Assembly (NCBI RefSeq): GCF_009914755.1
Contig: NC_060941.1
Length of the DNA: 64,000 bases
DNA from: the human T2T-CHM13v2.0 reference genome, Homo sapiens
Strand: one strand, 5' to 3'
This document shows, in pieces, positions 22,121-48,708 of this stretch. The notes below the pieces were generated by a model. It made no database searches and was not told the DNA's origin. It saw only the letters and a program-made list of their open reading frames with translations. Made by a program: the position numbers and the translations under genes. Numbering within the stretch: the first letter of the stretch is position 1; each line of letters begins with the position of its first letter.

Positions 22121-22439
22121 GGCCAGGTATAAAAGCCTAAGTGTGGTGTAATTCCAGCACTTTGGGAGGCCAAGGCGGGGAGATTGCTTGAGTCCAGGAG
22201 TTTGACACCAGCCTGGGCAACATAGTGAGACCCTGTCTCTACAAAAAAAAAAAAAAAAAGAAGAAGAAAAGAAAAGAAAAATTAGCCTGGCATGGTGGCA
22301 TCTGCCTGTAGTCCCAGCTACTCAGGAGGCTGAGGCAGGAAGATCACTTGAGCCAGGGAATGTTTGAGGCTGCAATGAGCTGTAATCACACCACTGCACT
22401 CCAGCATGGGCGACAGAGTCTCAAAAAAAAAAAAAAAAA
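22121..22439 (+). mobile_element. Alu (AluJ-like), 5' end degraded, expanded A-rich linker
   Basis: Alu arms and A tail are recognisable. Confidence 0.88.
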
Positions 22440-22999
22440 TCGCAGACTTGCCTTGGCTAGGAAACGCCTACTGAGAGCTGCCGTCGGTCAGCTGGGCTTT
22501 GGAGCCGCCTCCCTGAAGAAAGGTGTCTGGAGCTTCTGGCCTGGGGTATGACGAAGGGCTAGCAAGGAACCCTGTCTGTGGCTCTGCAGCCTGAGATTTG
22601 TGGAAATTGAAAATTGGAGGTGGGTGAGTGGGAGGCGGCTTAGCCATCCTGCTGTCCTCCTCTTCTGTCTGCGGGAAGGGGCAGCCGATGCTGTTCCCTG
22701 GGTGGGAGCTTGCAATTGCAGAGGGGCCGGTCTCAAGAGGAAGGAGTAGAGATCAGCCCCTGCACTCCCCTAAGAGCCTCTGCCAGGAGCCAGGACAGTC
22801 CTCTACTTCCTGCCCCTCCCCCAACCTGGAATTCACCTCTGCCTGCAGCTGGATAACCTGGCCTTTCTATAGATGAAGGAACCAGGCTAGAGGGTTAGGG
22901 AGCTTGCTCTGAGCCACACAGCAGGTGAATTGTAGAGTTCAGATTTGAACCCACGCCTTTTGGGGTGATTTTTATTACATGTCACTATAGTGTATTTAA

Positions 23000-24122
<1,123 letters not shown>

Positions 24123-24490
24123 TATTGTTGCCTGTTTTAATGCAGCTGAGGAAACTGAGTCTCAGAAGGGTTATGCTTTGCCCCAGAGCACACAGCTAGG
24201 AAGGGGACAGTCTGAGATTTGAACCATGACCTTAGAGTCCATTCCTTTTTCCATGATACCAGCCACCTCCTGTTTGTCCTGAGTCCAGGACACCACCCAA
24301 AACCCTATTACAAGTGGGGCTGGTACTATTGTATCCTAGGGTGAGGAAGAGAAGGCCTGGAAAGCGGTGTGGGGGCGTGTGCCCACCCCTTCCCTTTGCC
24401 TCATGAATAATCCGCTGTTCCCTGGCACCTGACTTCCCCCCTCCCCACCCGCTTCCCCCTCTAACCCAGGATGGTAAAACCTCCACTTTT

Positions 24491-24818
<328 letters not shown>

Positions 24819-25389
24819 TCACTCCCTCCCCAAGCAGTTCAGCTTCTGCAGACACTCGACTGTCAAGTCTGCAGCCATCCCAGGCAGACTCTTTCACACC
24901 ACACGTGCTGTTCCCCTCCTGACACTTCTGAAGGTGCTTGGGAGAGGCCAGTCACAGCAACCAGTGGGCTCTTTTGGCAGTGGGTGGGGTGCTGCTCCCA
25001 GGGGGCTGGGCTGTCTCTGAATTGTCCATTCCTGCCTCCCCCTCATCAGGAGGGTGGGTGTGGTGGGTGGAGGCCTGCGCTAGCTGTGATGCCTCCAGGG
25101 CTAGGCAGCCTACAGTCAGCCAGAGAATGAGCACTTTGGGGACTGCACAGGGCAGTTCCACGCCACGGTGGGTTTTCATCACTTAGACTGGCAGGTGGTC
25201 TGATGGAGCTCAAAGGCCTTTCAAAGTCATCTGAGTGAGCCCCATTTTCAAACCCTAGCCAACGAGGCCTCACTCAGGGTGATGCTGGAGTTTGAGGAAA
25301 GGCTGACAGGTGGGATTCAGTAGCTGCTTTTACCCATAGCAGTCTGGTTTTTATCTGTTTTATATATTGAGGTTCCAAGTAAGGTATTA

Positions 25390-26044
<655 letters not shown>

Positions 26045-26724
26045 GGCAGAGGGAGATGATTGAAAAAAACCACTGACTTTCCCCCAGATAAACAGAGGCT
26101 TGGTGAGAAGGACTTGCCCAGAGTTAGGCGGAATTACTGGTTGCCCGGAGACTGGGGTACAGGTTCCTTAACTCTGGGCCAGTGCTCTGCCTACTGTACA
26201 GGCTGTCATTTGGACTTTGAGCTGCTTTCGGTGGGAGGGTGATATCAAACCCCCTTTCTTTGACTCTTGGCCAACTGTCCCCGCCCCTGCCTTCGAGCCC
26301 CCATGCTTGGCTCCCACACTCCCTGGCATATTTCAACTCTCCCGGGCTCCCGCAACACCTCTGCTCTAGCCCCATCTGCGTCTCTCGCTTCGACAGGGAC
26401 GTCTGGGCATGTGAGTGTCAGTGTGGTTGCCACTCCAAGTGCGTCTCACACCCAAGCTGCTGCCATCCAAGTCCTGTCCCCAAGGAGAGAGAAAGTCAGA
26501 GGGAAAGACAGACAGACACAGAAGTAGACTGGAGTAGGCGAGCGACAGCACCTGGAAGTGAGGCAAGGACCAAGGAGGGAGGGAGGGAGGAGAGAGGCAG
26601 ATAGAGAAGAGAGAGAGAAATGTGGAGAAAGTGGGAGAGACTGATGGGAGTGGAGAGAAAGACTCATAAATGGGAGATAGATTGAGAGGAAGACCCAGAT
26701 GGGGAAAAATAAAGACAGACATGG

Positions 26725-27530
<806 letters not shown>

Positions 27531-27635
27531 CTGCTCACACGTGTAATCCCAGCACTTTGGGAGACCAAGAAGGGAGGATTGCTTGAGCCCAGGACTTCAA
27601 GAACACCCCATCTCTTAAAAAAAAAGATAGGTTAC

Positions 27636-28502
<867 letters not shown>

Positions 28503-29013
28503 TCAGAGGCAGGGAAATGTCACCTGCCCTGGAGCTGCGGCCTGTCACCATGAGGGATGCACTGAGCATGCAGTCTGGCACAGATCTGGCTGATAGATGT
28601 TGGGGATCCCATTGCCAGCGGCCTGTCACATCCCCTCCCCATCGCCTGTTTCCAGAGCTGAGCCCAGCTTTTCCGTAGCACTGTGGAGATGAACCTGTCA
28701 TGGGGCTCAGAGTGTGGTGTTGGGAGTAGCCTTGGCCTGGTGCCTCTGCCTCACCTGCCCTCCGACTCTGCTGCAAACAGTCAGTTCCTGTTTGTGGGGG
28801 CTTGCACAGGGGCAGAGGGATGGACGAGCTGGCTTGCTCAGAACCTCCTGCCAGCCACAAACTGAGCTGCGCTTGTTTTGGACGTGGTAGACTGAGGGGC
28901 CCAGGAAGGTAGTCCACATAGTGAAAGTGTGGCAGGACACCTCAGGAGGGGAGAGTGGTTAGATCTTGCCTCCCAAGATCAGGGACAAACATCTAGAGCT
29001 TCCCTTCCTCTAG

Positions 29014-29435
<422 letters not shown>

Positions 29436-29844
29436 TTCCTCTCTGACTTTCAGTGGGACCTTTCCTTCTCACCCAAGGGACGGGGCCTCTTAGAGCCCAG
29501 CACATGGGTGGGGCAGAGACTGTAGGCCTGGGGGCTACATGGCAGGGAGGGAGTGCCAGAGTTCCTTTTGTCTTTAGGGTTCCTGAGAGCCCGATGCTGG
29601 CACAGGATGGTAAGGGATTGGGTAAATCCATTCACCTCTCTGGGCCTTGGTTGTCGTATCTGTAAAAGAAGAGGAACCGTCCCTGCCCTGAGTGGACGTG
29701 AACGTGGGTGTGGATCTGTGGGCATGGGGTGGGGGGCGGTAGAGCACTGGGCTGGCCTCCAGAGTGGCTGCTTCCTACTCTCTTTAGGGTTTGCCCTGTT
29801 CCTGTCTGTTATGTAGCATGGAGCTGAGGGCCAGGAGACCTACT

Positions 29845-30480
29845 GAGCATTCATTTATTCAACAATCAATTACAAAGCACCTATTGCATGCCAGGCATTG
29901 TGCTGGGCACCAGGGAGACAGCAGTGACCATGTCAGATAAAGCCCGTGAGGCCATGGAGTTTACAGTCTAGTGAGAGAAGGGTAAACAGTGAAATAAAAC
30001 AATAAAGATCGTTTCAGATAGTGACCCACTTCACTGAAGAAAGGAAGGCAGCTTACTATCATGTTATGCTGTGATTTGGAGCAGGAGGGTGGGAGGCTTT
30101 CTGAGGAGAGGACTTTTGAGCTGCCTGTTGAAGGGTCTGTGGGAGAACATTCCAGGCATGGGGAGAGCCAGATCGAAGGTCCCAAGGCAGGACAGGGCAG
30201 CTGTATTGAGGGATGTAAAAAAGGCCAGAGTGGCGGTGGCAGCAAGACAGAGAGAAGGGCTGGGCAGAGGCCACCTGCAGGCCTGGACTGAGAGGGCCTG
30301 GTGAGGAGACTGTTAGCCTGAGAAGGGTGGGAAACCGTGGGAGGGCATTGCAACGCATTCTCTAGGCCGGCTATGTGAAGAGCAGGAGGGTGAGAGAGGC
30401 AGCCTGGAGGCCCACCCGTGAGAAGCAGATTGCCATGGTCCAGGCAGAGATGGTGGTGGTTGGACCTAGGCAGGGCAAGG
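29845..30480 (-). mobile_element. L2 fragment
   Basis: CATTCATTTATTCAACAA...TGCCAGGCATTGTGCTGGGCAC, followed by degraded L2-like body. Confidence 0.6.
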
Positions 30481-31100
30481 GGTGGTGGAGCTGAGAGGGA
30501 CCAAGATGCCTGCTCTCCATAGCTCCAAGCACACAGACACTGCTCTAGGAAGGCCCTCCCAGTTGCCATGGATTAGGGGGTGGGAGGGGAAGACTGGCTG
30601 CTGGGAGGGAATGTGGCTTTGTGCTTGGAAAACAAAGAACAGAGCTTGGGGCCCTCTTCTCCTGGGGGTGGTGGCAGGCCCAGAGGCTGTTGACAGGACC
30701 AGAGGCTGGAGCTCAGGGCTAGGCCTGGTAGGAGCAGGCTACAGCCCCAGGGATCCAGGAGGGGGTAGGTGCCCATGCAGAGGGACCCCAGAGCCCTCCA
30801 GGGGTGAACCCTGTGGCTGCTGGGCTTGGGGCAGGGAGCACCAGGAAGGAGGACAGATAATTAGCGGAATGCTCAACCCTGCAGCCTGGGAGCCAGGCTG
30901 GTGGAGGACATTTGGGCAACAGTGCCCTGGGCCCTGGGCTTGGGACCCAGTGTAGAGACAAATGCGTTTGGGAGCCAGTGGTGGCCCTGGTGGCTGTGTG
31001 GGAGGGACAGGAGGAGTTTGACAGGACTCTGCCTCTGCCTCGCCCCCAGCCCTGCTGCTGAGGCCGCGCCCTCCCCGCCCTGAGGTGGGGGCCCACCAGG

Positions 31101-40473
<9,373 letters not shown>

Positions 40474-41017
40474 CTGTGCCCCCTCCCACCCTGCGGGCCA
40501 GGGTCCTGTCGCCACCACTTCCAGAGCCAGAAAGGGTGCCAGTTGGGCTCGCACTGCCCACATGGGACCTGGCCCCAGGCTGTCACCCTCCACCGAGCCA
40601 CGCAGTGCCTGGAGTTGACTGACTGAGCAGGCTGTGGGGTGGAGCACTGGACTCCGGGGCCCCACTGGCTGGAGGAAGTGGGGTCTGGCCTGTTGATGTT
40701 TACATGGCGCCCTGCCTCCTGGAGGACCAGATTGCTCTGCCCCACCTTGCCAGGGCAGGGTCTGGGCTGGGCACCTGACTTGGCTGGGGAGGACCAGGGC
40801 CCTGGGCAGGGCAGGGCAGCCTGTCACCCGTGTGAAGATGAAGGGGCTCTTCATCTGCCTGCGCTCTCGTCGGTTTTTTTAGGATTATTGAAAGAGTCTG
40901 GGACCCTTGTTGGGGAGTGGGTGGCAGGTGGGGGTGGGCTGCTGGCCATGAATCTCTGCCTCTCCCAGGCTGTCCCCCTCCTCCCAGGGCCTCCTGGGGG
41001 ACCTTTGTATTAAGCCA

Positions 41018-41023
41018 ATTAAA
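41018..41023 (+). terminator. STARD3: STARD3 proximal polyadenylation signal ATTAAA
   Basis: TGTA lies upstream, and the ATTAAA is about 545 nt after the stop codon. Confidence 0.75.
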
Positions 41024-41634
41024 AACATGAATTTAAAAAAAAAAAAAAATTCCAGCCCCTCCCACTGCCTTGCCTCTTGAGGGAAGAGAAAGGCAGGCAG
41101 CAGCTTGGATGAAGAGGGAAGACCCCTCACACAGCCTCTCCTGGGCTCACAGGAGGGCGGAGCCCGGGGAGCCAGTTCCTGAAACATGCCCCCCATTCCC
41201 CCCCCGCCCACCCCCCACTCCCCGCTTTCCTGACCAGTTCAACTGAGCAGATGACTGGTCAGAAAAAAATGCCCCGCCCCCTGCCAGGCTTCAGCGGGGC
41301 AAGTTTAAAGTCTCTAGTCCAGGAATGGAGGTGGGGGTATGGGCACCTGGCAGTGCCCACAGCAAGCCTTGACTGTGTGGCCTGGAGATGGGGCCTGAGC
41401 TTCAGGGTCACTGAGGCACCTCTGGGATCCAGGCCACCTGGAGCCCCGGACCTCCCAGACTCCACTCACCCATTCCCTCTCCCCGCACGGCACTCACACC
41501 AGGGGCGGCCTGGAGCCCGGATCGCAGGGCGGGGCCAGGCCACTGCCTGCCTTCCTCCTCCCTCCCGGCTGGCCTGCCCCCTTGCCTGCCTGCATGCAGG
41601 CTTCCAGCAGAGCCAGCTTCTTCAGAGCCAGGTG

Positions 41635-41790
41635 GATCCTGTTTCGGTCCTGCCTAGGTGTGTGACCCTGGGCGAATCTACCTCTCTCAGCTTCTGCTTC
41701 CCACTTTATGAAAATGGGACTGATGTCACAGGGTTGTTATGAGATTAAAAGATATGAAGAACCGGGGACAGTGCTCAGTAATCAATAGTC
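41635..41790 (+). mobile_element. MIR SINE
   Basis: TGTGTGACCCTGGGCGAA...CTCAGCTTC...AAAATGGG...GGGTTGTTATGAGATTAAA. Confidence 0.7.
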
Positions 41791-42818
41791 TGCAGTTCTG
41801 CACCCACGTGCTCCTGGGTACTCTGCCGTCCCCACAGGGTCCTCAGCTCAGCCCCTGTCACTGCCTCTCCTGCCACCCTTTGTCCACTCGGCAGTGTTCT
41901 CACTCCTCATCCCCCCACACCCACCACCTGTCTGCCAGCCTCTTGCACCATGAGTTGCTACTCCTGGGGTGCTGGACTGTCCCCACAGCCATCTGTCTCC
42001 CCTGCTCCCCATGAAGAAGAGCCAGTCCCCTCCCAGGTAGCACATCAGAGCGGGCAGGCTCCAGAGCTCTTCTGGTCCTCTTGCAGTGGCCAGAAAGTGG
42101 GGAAAGGGGCCCAGAGAGGGGCAGGGACTGACCCATGGTCACACAGCCTATTTATGGCTGATCTGGAGCCAGGCCTTCTGACTATCACCCATCAGAGCCC
42201 CTGGATTCCCATTTCACCCAACACAGGTGTTGGGGTAGAACTGGGGGCCCTCCACCCCTACTAGCCTGACTGTCTCCTGAGACCTGTCTCCTAAGACCAC
42301 TTACCTGACCACTGGCCATGGGGAAGGAAAACACCTGGCCAAGGCTCATGCCCCAGGTTCCCAGGCATGAAGTTGACTGTCTCCGCCCCTGCTGGTGTGG
42401 TGAGGGTGACTGGGGACTAGGCACTAGGCCTTTGGTGCAGGCGCCTGAGGACGTGGTTGCACTCTCCCTTCTGGGGATATGCCCTTGAGCCCAGGCAGAG
42501 GAGAGCACAGCCAGGGCAGGACCTGGCAGCCCTGGTACAGAGCCCAGAGGGGGCATCAGTTCCTGCTGGTCCTGCTCTGTTTACAGACAAGCTGCTGTCC
42601 TCCCTGCAAAGGGGAGTGGGTGGGGCAGAGGGCAAGTGCCAGGGGGGCACAAGGCTGGGCATGTGGCTGGCATGAGACGGTGTCTGAGTAATGTCAGGCA
42701 CCTGGAGGCATTGACCCCAGGACCTTGGACCCCAGACCTCTGACCGTGGGGCAGCCAGCGTCCAGGTACCCCAACCCCTGCCCTGGGTCCGGCGTCCCCC
42801 CATTAGTGAGTCTTGGCT

Positions 42819-42891
42819 CTACTTATAGCATCTGACACCAGAGGGGCCGAAAATAGCCCCTGGAGAAGGGGGAGGAGGGGGCTATTTAAAG
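42819..42891 (+). promoter_or_regulatory. TCAP: TCAP muscle-type core promoter (MEF2-like sites, E-box, TATA/MEF2 hybrid)
   Basis: CTACTTATAG 42819-42828, CATCTG 42829-42834, CCGAAAATAG 42847-42856, and CTATTTAAAG 42882-42891 about 35-40 nt before the ATG. Confidence 0.75.
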
Positions 42892-42924
42892 GGCCTGGGA
42901 GGGGAGAGAGAATGAGGAGTGATC

Positions 42925-43674
42925 ATGGCTACCTCAGAGCTGAGCTGCGAGGTGTCGGAGGAGAACTGTGAGCGCCGGGAGGCCTTCTGGGCAGAATGGA
43001 AGGATCTGACACTGTCCACACGGCCCGAGGAGGGGTGAGTGTGGGTCTGCTAGAGCCCTGCCTCTGCTCCCCCAGAGCACCCTCACTGAGCCATGAGGCC
43101 AGAGCATGAAGCCCTGGAGAAATTTCTGGGGGTGGGGGCAGGAAGAATGCCCCATGGGGAGAGCAAAGGGGAACCACCCTTCCTGCCCCCAGGTCCCAGC
43201 AGCCCAGGGGAGCCCCCCACCCAGCCTGTGCCCAGAGAGCAACAGCTCCCAGGAGCTCACTGCCCCTCCCCTCTCCCCAGCTGCTCCCTGCATGAGGAGG
43301 ACACCCAGAGACATGAGACCTACCACCAGCAGGGGCAGTGCCAGGTGCTGGTGCAGCGCTCGCCCTGGCTGATGATGCGGATGGGCATCCTCGGCCGTGG
43401 GCTGCAGGAGTACCAGCTGCCCTACCAGCGGGTACTGCCGCTGCCCATCTTCACCCCTGCCAAGATGGGCGCCACCAAGGAGGAGCGTGAGGACACCCCC
43501 ATCCAGCTTCAGGAGCTGCTGGCGCTGGAGACAGCCCTGGGTGGCCAGTGTGTGGACCGCCAGGAGGTGGCTGAGATCACAAAGCAGCTGCCCCCTGTGG
43601 TGCCTGTCAGCAAGCCCGGTGCCCTTCGTCGCTCCCTGTCCCGCTCCATGTCCCAGGAAGCACAGAGAGGCTGA
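42925..43674 (+). CDS. TCAP: Telethonin (titin-cap), 167 aa; join(42925..43034,43281..43674)
   Basis: Reads MATSELSCEVSEENCERREAFWAEWKDLTL ... RRSLSRSMSQEAQRG*. One 246-nt GT-AG intron; 504 nt coding in total. Confidence 0.98.
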
Positions 43675-44094
43675 GAGGGACTGTGACTTGGGCTCCGCTG
43701 TGCCCGCCCTGGGCTGGGCCCTTCCTGGCTAGGACTGTGGAGGGGAGCTGCTGGCCATGGCTGCTTTGTAGTTTGCCCAGAGTTGGGGGCTAGGGGAGGG
43801 GGGAGCCAGAGGCCAGGATGCCTGAGCCCCCTGAGTTCCCAAAGGGAGGGTGGCAGAGACAGTGGGCACTAAGGGTGGAGAGTTGGGGGCCAGCACAGCT
43901 GAGGACCCTCAGCCCCAGGAGAAGGGACAAAAGGTACTGGTGAGGGCAAGAGGTGCCTGGGAGGAGTGGCCCTGATCCAGGAAAATGTGAGGGGAATCTG
44001 GAACGCTCTAGGCAGAAGAAGCTGGGAGGGAGGGGGAGGTGAAAAGGGCAGAGGCAAGGATGGTGGGGCCCCCAGCACCCTCTGTTAGTGCCGC

Positions 44095-44100
44095 AATAAA
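44095..44100 (+). terminator. TCAP: TCAP polyadenylation signal AATAAA
   Basis: Canonical hexamer 420 nt after the stop codon, followed by T/GT-rich sequence. Confidence 0.9.
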
Positions 44101-46040
44101 TGCTCAATCATGTGCCAGAGTTGCATCTCTTTCCTTGTGGTTGGGGGGGCTGGCCCATGGGTGTCCCCTCAATGCCCACTTCTGGGACCAGGCTCCGCAT
44201 CTGAGCTAAATATGGCAGAGCTAATGGGTACACCCCATACTTGGGGTGGGGGTGGGGGCAGGACAGAGCTGTAAACAGGGTGCTGTCTCCAGTCTCCTTC
44301 CCGTACCCTGACCGCTGCCCAGTCCTGGCTTCTGTGTCCAGCCCCCTGGCACTGGGTGGTAACCAGCAAGCCAGCTGGCATCCGCATCCAGGGTTTGTTT
44401 CAATGATGTCTCGTGGAGAATATGGAGGGGCTGGTGCCAGGACTGTCCTTGGCTTTGCCTCGGGGTGTGAACGGGGTCAGTGACCTCTAAAACTAACCTG
44501 CCTCTCAGTTCTGAATCCAGACAGAATCAATCCTCAGCTGTGTCTCGCTCCACACCCCCTGCCCTGGAAGCCAGGGAAGGTTGGAGGTGCTAGGGGGTCA
44601 GGCTCCCCTCTGTGACCCCTGCAGCTGTTGTGGTGACTCATGTCCCAACCTAGCTGCCTCTCCCAAGGAGACTTTCCCCTGGGGACAAGGGGGAGGGAAT
44701 GGCATGGAGGAGGCCCACATCAAGCGGGGCCAGGAACCCACGGTGGCAGGAGCTGGGCTGGTGACCTACCCAGGGCAGAAGGGCCCGGGACTCATCCAGA
44801 GGGGAAGGAAGGGGTCTTCAGGAAGACCACGGAGATGCCACAGGCAGAATTGGCTTCCCATCTGGGAGATAGGTGGGGAGACCCTGGCATTTTGACAGCC
44901 AGAACCTGGGGTGCTGAGCAGAATCTTCATGCCTGGCCTGGCCGCTCCTTCGGAGGGAAGCTGGAGGGTGGGCTGCGAGAGGAGTGGGGTCAGAGCCCCT
45001 ACATCCGCAGGACCCCAAATCGGCTGGGCCCCAAGGCCCGGACTGCGCTCCCCGGTGGCCCCGGCGGCCCTCCGCGAATGCGTCCTGCCCCTCCCCTGCC
45101 CAAGCCCTCTGCCCTCACCCGGGTCCGGCGCCGCCCCCGAAGTGGCGGGAACAACCCGAACCCGAACCTTCTGTCCTCGGGAGCCCCCAGATAAGCGGCT
45201 GGGAACCCGCGGGGCCCGCAGGGGAGGCCCGGCTGTTCCGCCCGCTAAGTGCATTAGCACAGCTCACCTCCCCTATCGCGCCTGCCATCGGACGGGCAGT
45301 GCCGCGCCCTGCTCTGGGGCCCCCGGAGCGACCACAGCGGAGGCCGGAACGGACTGTCCTTTCTGGGGCGGGGTGGGGAGGGGGTGTCGCTGGAGGGCCC
45401 GGTGGCATAGCAACGGACGAGAGAGGCCTGGAGGAGGGGCGGGGAGGGGGAGTTGTGTGGCAGTTCTAAGGGAAGGGTGGGTGCTGGGACGGGTGTCCGG
45501 GAGGGAGGGGAGCCTGGCGGGGTCTGGGGCCTCGTCGCGGAGGGCGCTGCGAGGGGGAAACTGGGGAAAGGGCCTAATTCCCCAGTCTCCACCTCGAATC
45601 AGGAAAGAGAAGGGGCGGGCTGCTGGGCAAAAGAGGTGAATGGCTGCGGGGGGCTGGAGAAGAGAGATGGGAGGGGCCGGCCGGCGGGGGTGAGGGGGTC
45701 TAAAGATTGTGGGGGTGAGGAACTGAGGGTGGGGGGCGCCCAGAGGCGGGACTCGGGGCGGGGCAGGCGAGGCGGAGGGCGAGGGCTGCGGGAGCAAGTA
45801 CGGAGCCGGGGGTGTGGGGGACGATTGCCGCTGCAGCCGCCGCCCCACTCACCTCCGGTGTGTCTGCAGCCCGGACACTAAGGGAGATGGATGAATGGGT
45901 GGGGAGGATGCGGCGCACATGGCCCCGGGCGGCTCGGCGGTCAGCTGCCGCCCCCACAGCGGACCGGTCGGGGCGGGGGTCGGGCGGTAGAAAAAAGGGC
46001 CGCGAGGCGAGCGGGGCACTGGGCGGACCGCGGCGGCAGC

Positions 46041-47954
<1,914 letters not shown>

Positions 47955-48018
47955 GGGCTGTACCTGGTGCCCTGTGGCCCCCACCCACCTGGATTCCCTG
48001 TTCTTTGAAGTGGCACCT

Positions 48019-48024
48019 AATAAA
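48019..48024 (+). terminator. PNMT: PNMT polyadenylation signal AATAAA
   Basis: Canonical hexamer 64 nt after the stop codon, with a GT-rich element downstream. Confidence 0.9.
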
Positions 48025-48702
48025 GAAATAATACCCTGCCGCTGCGGTCAGTGCTGTGTGTGGCTCTCCTGGGAAGCAGCAAGGGCCCAGAGATCTGAGT
48101 GTCCGGGTAGGGGAGACATTCACCCTAGGCTTTTTTTCCAGAAGCTTCCTTGAGGCTAGCATTCTGTACCACTCATTCTTCCCAAACTAAGGAAGGCCAA
48201 GGTCAGGGGAGCTCACCGGGCACCTGCAGTGCACCAGGCACTTGTGATATGCCATTGTGTCCATCGCATCATTCATTCCTGCATTCAGCAGCAGGTCCTG
48301 CTAGTCTGTTTCCAGGTGAAGCTCAGAGAGGTGAAGTCACAAACAGTGCAGACTGCTTCAGACCAGAACGAGGGAGAGTGGGGATCATGAGGAGATGGAA
48401 GTAGAATCTGCAAGGTGGTGGGGAGGTGGGGGTGTTATGATTGAAGCACAATGGCCGAGGGAAGTGAAAGGGAAAGAACTGGCTCCAGCTCCCTCTCACA
48501 ACTGGACTTGAGTTCTGCCCAGCTCTGCCTCTGGGGCCTGCCATTCCCCATGCCACGTGCCCAGGCAGAGACCTCACCTCTGTTTACTGCCTCCAGCCAG
48601 CTCTGGGACCTGCCCCTGCCGCCACAACTGTCTTCTCCTGCCCTCCAGCCCACCCTATTCACACAAATGAGCTGAACAAGGGCAGGTGAGGCTTGGAATT
48701 GA

Positions 48703-48708
48703 TTTATT
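48703..48708 (-). terminator. PGAP3: PGAP3 polyadenylation signal AATAAA (minus strand)
   Basis: TTTATT on the + strand. It defines a ~1.67-kb 3'UTR convergent with PNMT. Confidence 0.85.

Noticed and set aside
31053-31061. TGC-TGC-TGA as a selenocysteine codon
   Set aside because: No SECIS element could be identified by eye in the STARD3 3'UTR, and STARD3 is not a known selenoprotein.
41035-41049. A15 run as the tail of a processed pseudogene
   Set aside because: The upstream sequence is the 3'UTR of intron-containing STARD3, and there is no TSD.
42912-42971. Out-of-frame ATG 13 nt before the TCAP start
   Set aside because: It lies about 30 nt from the TATA, at the expected cap site, so it is too close to the 5' end for efficient initiation.
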